From positions 156,023 through 220,022 of the forward strand of contig NIVC01000511.1 in NCBI GenBank assembly GCA_002269645.1: a stretch of 64,000 nt of DNA, read 5' to 3'. The stretch is from Macrostomum lignano. Lineage: Eukaryota. Numbering within the stretch: position 1 is the first letter of the stretch; each line of letters starts with the position of its first letter. The position numbers were made by a program, and so were the translations under genes. The notes beneath the pieces were generated by a model. The model made no database searches, was not told the DNA's origin, and saw only the letters and a program-made list of their open reading frames with translations. Of the stretch, positions 58,601-64,000 are shown piece after piece.

Positions 58601-61600
58601 GTCTTCTAATGAGTCATAGGGTCTATTAATTGGGTCATAGGTTCTACTAAAATGGGTCATAGGGTCTACTTATAGGAACTATAGGGTCTTCTATGAAATC
58701 GTGGCGTCTTTCATCTGGGTCACGAGGTATTTCCGAATCATGCCAGACAGCTGCAACGTTGCATGTGATACCCCTGTCACTGATAATGCAGATCCCAGAT
58801 CCTTTTAGAAACCAATCCGCACAAAACTAAATTTTGTCCCGTCTCAAGACTGGGCCGCAGCCACTGCATTACTTTCAGGACATGGGATGACAACAAAACT
58901 AAAAGTGCAGGCCATCAGCTCACGTGATCGGTCCGAGTTTCTCGTACTGCGACTTCAGAGCCCGCTGCACAGCCTCAGCTTCTTCGGGGCTTTTGCCGCC
59001 GCCTCTGTACAAATTCCTGAGTAGTAATTGAGAGTAATTACACTAATTACCTTTGAGAGCCTCAATTACGAGATTATTCAGGCAGTCAGGGCATGAATAC
59101 TGATAATGGAAAACTGACGGTGGGATTACTATAGTTATGAATTAAGTTAACTAACAATCAGTCAAATCGGAAATGAGTCTTGTCATAGAGGAATCTGATC
59201 ATGGCTAGTTATATCTGGTCATAGTTGAATCTGGTCATAAATTAATTCGTTTATAAGCTAATTTGATCGCTAAGTAACTTAGTCATAAATTAACCTGGCC
59301 ATGAATGATTCGGTCATAGAAGAATCTGTTTATAGATAAATAAGTATGGTCATAGATGAATCTGGTCACAGCTGAATCTGGTCATAGATGAATCTGGTTA
59401 TAGATGAATCTGATCACAACTGAATCTGGTCATGAATGAATCTGATGATAGATGAATCTGGTCAAAGATGAATCTGGTCATAGATGAATCTGGTTATAGA
59501 TGAATCTGGTCATAGATGAATCTGGTCATGGATGAATCTGGTTATAGATGAATCTGGTCATAGATGAATCTGGTCATAGATGAATCTGATGATAGATGAA
59601 TCTGGTCATGGATGAATCTGGTCATAGACGAATCTGATCATAGATGAATCTGGTCATAGATGAATCTAGTCATAGATGAATCTGATCATAGATGAATCTG
59701 GTCATAGATGAATCTGGTCATAGACGAATCTGATCATAGATGAATCTGGTCATAGATGAATCTAGTCATAGATGAATCTGATCATAGATGAATATGGTCA
59801 TAGATGAATCTGGTCATAGATGAATCTGGTCATAGACGAATCTGGTCATAGATGAATCTGGTCATAGATGAATCTGGTCATAGATGAATCTGGTCATAGA
59901 TGAATCTGGTCATAGATGAATCTGGTCATAGATGAATCTGGTCATAGATGAATCTGGTCATAGATGAATCTGGTCATAGATGAATCTGGTCATAGATGAA
60001 TCTGGTCATAGATGAATCTGGTCATAGATGAATCTGGTCATGAATGAATCTGATGATAATGAATCTGGTCATAGATGAATCTGGTCATAGATGAATCTGA
60101 TCATAGATGAATCTGGTCATAGATGAATCTGGTCATAGACGAATCTGATCATAGATGAATCTGGTCATAGATGAATCTAGTCATAGATGAATCTGATCAT
60201 AGATGAATCTGGTCATAGATGAATCTGGTCATAGATGAATCTGGTCATAGATGAATCTGGTCATAGATGAATCTGGTCATAGATGAATCTGGTCATAGAT
60301 GAATCTGGTCATAGATGAATCTGGTCATAGATGAATCTGGTCATAGATGAATCTGGTCATAGATGAATCTGGTCATAGATGAATCTGGTCATAGATGAAT
60401 CTGGTCATAGATGAATCTGGTCATAGATGAATCTGGTCATGGATGAATCTGATGATAATGAATCTGGTCATAGATGAAGCTGGTCATAGATGAATCTGGT
60501 TATAGATGAATCTGGTCATAGATGAATCTGGTCATAGATGAATAAGCAGGACAAGAGCAAAGAAGCCGCACCTCGGTCCCAAGAAGAGGAACTGCAGCCA
60601 GATCCAGGCCAGCAGCAGGCAGCTGATCGATATGGGAAAGGCAAACAGAAACCAGGAGCCAAAATTGAACGGCGTTTTGTTGCCAAAGTTGGTTGCCAGA
60701 TTGTTGTTGAGAACAAGATTCGGCGGCGTCCCAGTCAGCGTCGGCGTCCCGCCGTAGTTGGCGCTGTAGGCCACGGCGATGGTGAGCATCTTGCAGATGC
60801 CGCGGAACTCCACGTTCTCCGGCTGTTGAATGTACTGCAGCACGGTGAACTGCTGCTGCTGCTGCTGCTGCTTGCTGGGCTGCTGCCCGTTGCTGTGACT
60901 CTGGTCCAATTTTGGCTCCACAGACACCTGCAAGTTTATGGCTGATTTCTGACTGCTGGCAGATCCCTGATCTTCATGCGGTAGGGCAACCCCTGATCTT
61001 CATGCAGTAGGGCAACCCCTGATCCCCATGAGGTGGGGCAGCCCCTGATCTTCATGCAGTAGGGCAACCCCTGATCCCCATGAGGTGGGGCAGCTCCTGA
61101 TCTTCATGCAGTAGGGCACCCCTGATCTTCATGCAGTAGGGCAATCCCAGATCTTCATGCAGTAGGGCAGCCCCTGATCTTCATGCAGTAGGGCAGCCCC
61201 TGATCTTCATGCAGTGGGGCAATCCCAGATCTTCATGCAGTAGGGCAGCCCCTGATATTCATGCAGTAGGGCAGCCCCTGATCTTCATGCAGTAGGGCAC
61301 CCCTGATCTTCATGCAGTAGGGCAGCCCCTGATCTTCATGCAGTAGGGCAACCCCTGATCTTCATGCAGTAGGGCAGCCCCTGATCTTCATGCAGTAGGG
61401 CACCCCTGATCTTCATGCAGTAGGGCAATCCCAGATCTTCATGCAGTAGGGCAACCCCTGATCTTCATGCTGTAGGGAAATCCCCCTGATCTTCATGCTG
61501 TAGGGCAGCCCCTGATATTCATGCAGTAGGGCAACCCCTGATCTTCATGCTGTAGGGCAGCCCCTGATCTTCATGCAGTAGGGCAGCCCCTGATCTTCAT

Positions 61601-63396
61601 GCAGTAGGGCAACCCCTGATCTTCATGCTGTAGGGAAATCCCCCTGATCTTCATGCTGTAGGGCAGCCCCTGATATTCATGCAGTAGGGCAACCCCTGAT
61701 CTTCATGCTGTAGGGCAGCCCCTGATATTCATGCAGTAGGGCAGCCCCTGATCTTCATGCTGTAGGGCAGCCCCTGATATTCATGCAGTAGGGCAACCCC
61801 TGATCTTCATGCTGTAGGGCAGCCCCTGATCTTCATGCAGTAGGGCAGCCCCTGATCTTCATGCAGTAGGGCAATCCCAGATCTTCATGCAGTAGGGCAG
61901 CCCCTGATCTTCATGCTGTAGGGCAGCCCCTGATCTTCATGCAGTAGGGCAGCCCCTGATCTTCATGCAGTAGGGCAATCCCAGATCTTCATGCAGTAGG
62001 GCAGCCCCTGATCTTCATGCAGTAGGGCAATCCCAGATCTTCATGCAGTGGGGCAATCCCAGATCTTCATGCAGTGGGGCAATCCCAGATCTTCATGCAG
62101 TGGGGCAATCCCAGATCTTCATGCAGTGGGGCAATCCCAGATCTTCATGCAGTGGGGCAATCCCAGATCTTCATCCTGATTCCTTACACCTAGCAGACCC
62201 CACGACCCCCTACCAAGCCTTGCATGGACCCCTACCAAGCTTTGCATGGACCCCTACAAAGCCTTTCATGGACCCCCTACCAAGCCTTTCATGGATCCCC
62301 TACCATGCCTTGCATGGACCCCTACCATGCCTTGCATGGACCCCTACCAAGCCTTTCATGGACCCCCAGCAGGCCTGCCGGACCCCATCCAGCCGCACGC
62401 ACCATGGGCACCGCAGCGGACTCATCCGCGATCCCGTCGGCACCATCGGCAGCCGCCTGGGCAGCCTCAGCCTTGCGCAGCTGATCGTACACCATGAGCT
62501 CCTGCAGCACCGCGTCAACAATCGGCAGCATCATGGCGGCCGTGGCGGTGTTGGATATCCACATGGACATGAACCAGGTGGGCAGCATGAAGCCCAGGAG
62601 CAGCCAGCGGGGCTGCACACCGACCAGCTGCAGCACCAGCAGCGCCATCCGTCGGTGCAGATTCCAGAATTCCACGCTGATTGCCAGCATCAGGCCGCCT
62701 ATGAACAGCATGTTGGAGTCCTGCGGGTGCGGCGGGGTCGGTTCGGGATTAGACTGCCGATCCTCCGCCCTCAGATGCTTTAGTATTCCGCCCCTCCGCC
62801 CTCAAATGCTTTAGTATTCCGCCCTCAGATGCTTTAGTATTCCGCCCTCAGATGCTTTAGTATTCCGCCCTCAGATGCTTTAGTATTCCGCCCTCAGATG
62901 CTTTAGTATTCCGCCCTCAGATGCTTTAGTATTCCGCCCTCAGATGCTTTAGTATTCCGCTTTCCGCCCTCAGATGCTTTAGTATTCCGCCCCCCCCCCC
63001 TCCCCTCAGATACTTTAGTATTCCGCCCCTCCGCTCTCAAATACTTTAGTATTCCGCCCCTCCGCTCTCAAATACTTTAGTATTCCGTCCCTCCGCCCTC
63101 AAATACTTTAGTATTCCGCCCCTCCGCCCTCAGATTCGTTAGTATTCCGCCCCTCCTAAACTGTTAAAAAATTTCCAGAATTCGTTCTGCTCAACCCTTA
63201 GAAAACATGCATTTTGAGCAGTAGAGCAGGCGCGGGTCGAACTTACCGAGAAATAAGCCGGGCAGAGAACTTTTGATGGGATGATTTTAAAAGCTGGCGC
63301 GAGCACCACGGGGATCAGAGCCGTGACGCCGATGGGCAGAGATTCCGTCACCCAGTACATCGCCATGATCAGCAGCATGTAGGCCACTCGCGCCTC
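55629..63396 (-). CDS. SLC13: SLC13/DASS Na+-coupled di/tricarboxylate transporter (INDY/NaDC-like), 5'-partial; exons 63396-63247, 62720-62403, 60927-60572, 59016-58924, 57713-57359, 56589-56428, 56354-56217, 55763-55629
   Basis: YWVTESLPIGVTALIP, AISVEFWNLHRRMAL, MSMWISNTATAAMMLPI, GGTPTLTGTPPN, YEKLGPITFPE, WGIVILLGGGFALA, TSNTAT, ASLAFNLPVATPPNSIVF. All eight exons join in phase with GT-AG sites. The exact vertebrate ortholog cannot be assigned. Confidence 0.93.
55780..56040. repeat. Approximately 72-bp diverged tandem repeat in the last SLC13 intron
   Basis: GCTATTTTTAGCATAGCGGAAAGCCA...CCTAG...GGGTGG...GTACATGTACA recurs 3-4 times. Confidence 0.8.
56610..57170. repeat. 20-bp minisatellite (GTGACTAACAGGTGACTTGA)n, SLC13 intron
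   Basis: Direct tandem copies. Confidence 0.95.
57745..58690. repeat. 20-23 bp minisatellite (GGGTCTACTAATGAGTCATA)n, SLC13 intron
   Basis: Diverged tandem copies. Confidence 0.9.
59370..60543. repeat. 16-bp minisatellite (GGTCATAGATGAATCT)n, SLC13 intron
   Basis: Highly homogeneous tandem copies up to about 30 nt from the donor at 60571. Confidence 0.97.
60963..62175. repeat. 26-bp minisatellite (GATCTTCATGCAGTAGGGCAGCCCCT)n, SLC13 intron
   Basis: Direct tandem copies. Confidence 0.97.
62200..62370. repeat. 22-bp minisatellite (GGACCCCTACCAAGCCTTTCAT)n, same intron, donor side
   Basis: Direct tandem copies. Confidence 0.85.
62762..63150. repeat. 23-bp minisatellite (CCGCCCTCAGATGCTTTAGTATT)n, SLC13 intron
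   Basis: Direct tandem copies. Confidence 0.95.
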
Positions 63397-63529
63397 CTGG
63401 GGATTTGAGGGATTTTAGCCGGCGATGAGGCTAGCAAAGTGCCCAGTTGTAAAGTGCAAATCATGATTGAGCCCGATTGGTAAACTCAGAATTTACATAG
63501 CTGAACTCATCTGGCAGCAGCAGCCTAAA

Positions 63530-64000
63530 AGTGGGATTAGCGCCAGACTCATCTCATTCCCCAGTAGCTTAGAAGTGGGCTTGGCGCCAGACTTATCTCA
63601 TTCCCCAGTAGCTTAGAAGTGGGCTTGGCGTGAGACTCATCTCATTCCCCAGTAGCTTAGAAGTGGGATTGGCGCCAGACTCATCTCATTCCCCAGTAGC
63701 TTAGAAGTGGGCTTGGCGCCAGACTTATCTCATTCCCCAGTAGCTTAGAAGTGGGATTGGCGCCAGACTCATCTCATTCCCCAGTAGCTTAGAAGTGGGA
63801 TTGGCGCCAGACTCATCTCATTCCCCAGTAGCTTAGAAGTGGGATTGGCGCCAGACTCATCTCATTCCCCAGTAGCTTAGAATTAGGATTGGCGCCAGAC
63901 TCATCTCATTCCCCAGTAGCTTAGAAGTGGGCTTGGCGTGAGACTCATCTCATTCCCCAGTAGCTTATAATTAGGATTGGCACCAGACTCATCTCATTCC
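63530..64000. repeat. 44-bp minisatellite (GCCAGACTCATCTCATTCCCCAGTAGCTTAGAAGTGGGATTGGC)n, runs off window end
   Basis: Units at 63542, 63586 and onward. Confidence 0.95.

Noticed and set aside
58690-58755. Possible SLC13 exon LSGMIRKYLVTQMKDATIS
   Set aside because: No suitable GT donor; 59016-58924 fits the phase and gives the expected YEKLGP motif.

Overview
Eukaryotic (metazoan) genomic DNA with GT-AG introns and a very high minisatellite load. GC-rich codons, polyQ runs and an array in almost every intron resemble a free-living flatworm such as Macrostomum; this is inference, not established from the sequence. Seven protein-coding genes could be built exon by exon with consistent splice phases: two acid ceramidase paralogs (minus strand, 3363-6346 and 14251-17399) flanking SNRPA1/U2A' and an ADF/cofilin gene; a single-coding-exon ZNF395/ZNF704-family C-clamp protein (plus, 22189-23019); a 9-exon, 1109-aa GluN3-like NMDA receptor subunit (minus, 25427-45312); and an SLC13 Na+/carboxylate transporter (minus, 55629-63396, first exon outside the window). 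The rest is about 30 tandem arrays, mariner and LINE remnants, a tRNA-derived SINE, several MITE/foldback elements and a solo LTR confirmed by an empty paralogous site. Most interesting: (1) the GluN3-like subunit appears to lack the conserved agonist-binding Arg, has a Cys-containing insertion in S1 and an unusual pore tip; (2) the ceramidase pair is a mosaic of near-identical exon tracts and divergent substrate-loop patches; (3) all six visible start codons sit 0-2 nt after an AG acceptor, within a tight same-strand cluster (5'UTR introns or SL trans-splicing/operon); (4) intron-private minisatellites, some of which carry splice signals. No CRISPR array or other prokaryotic feature is present.
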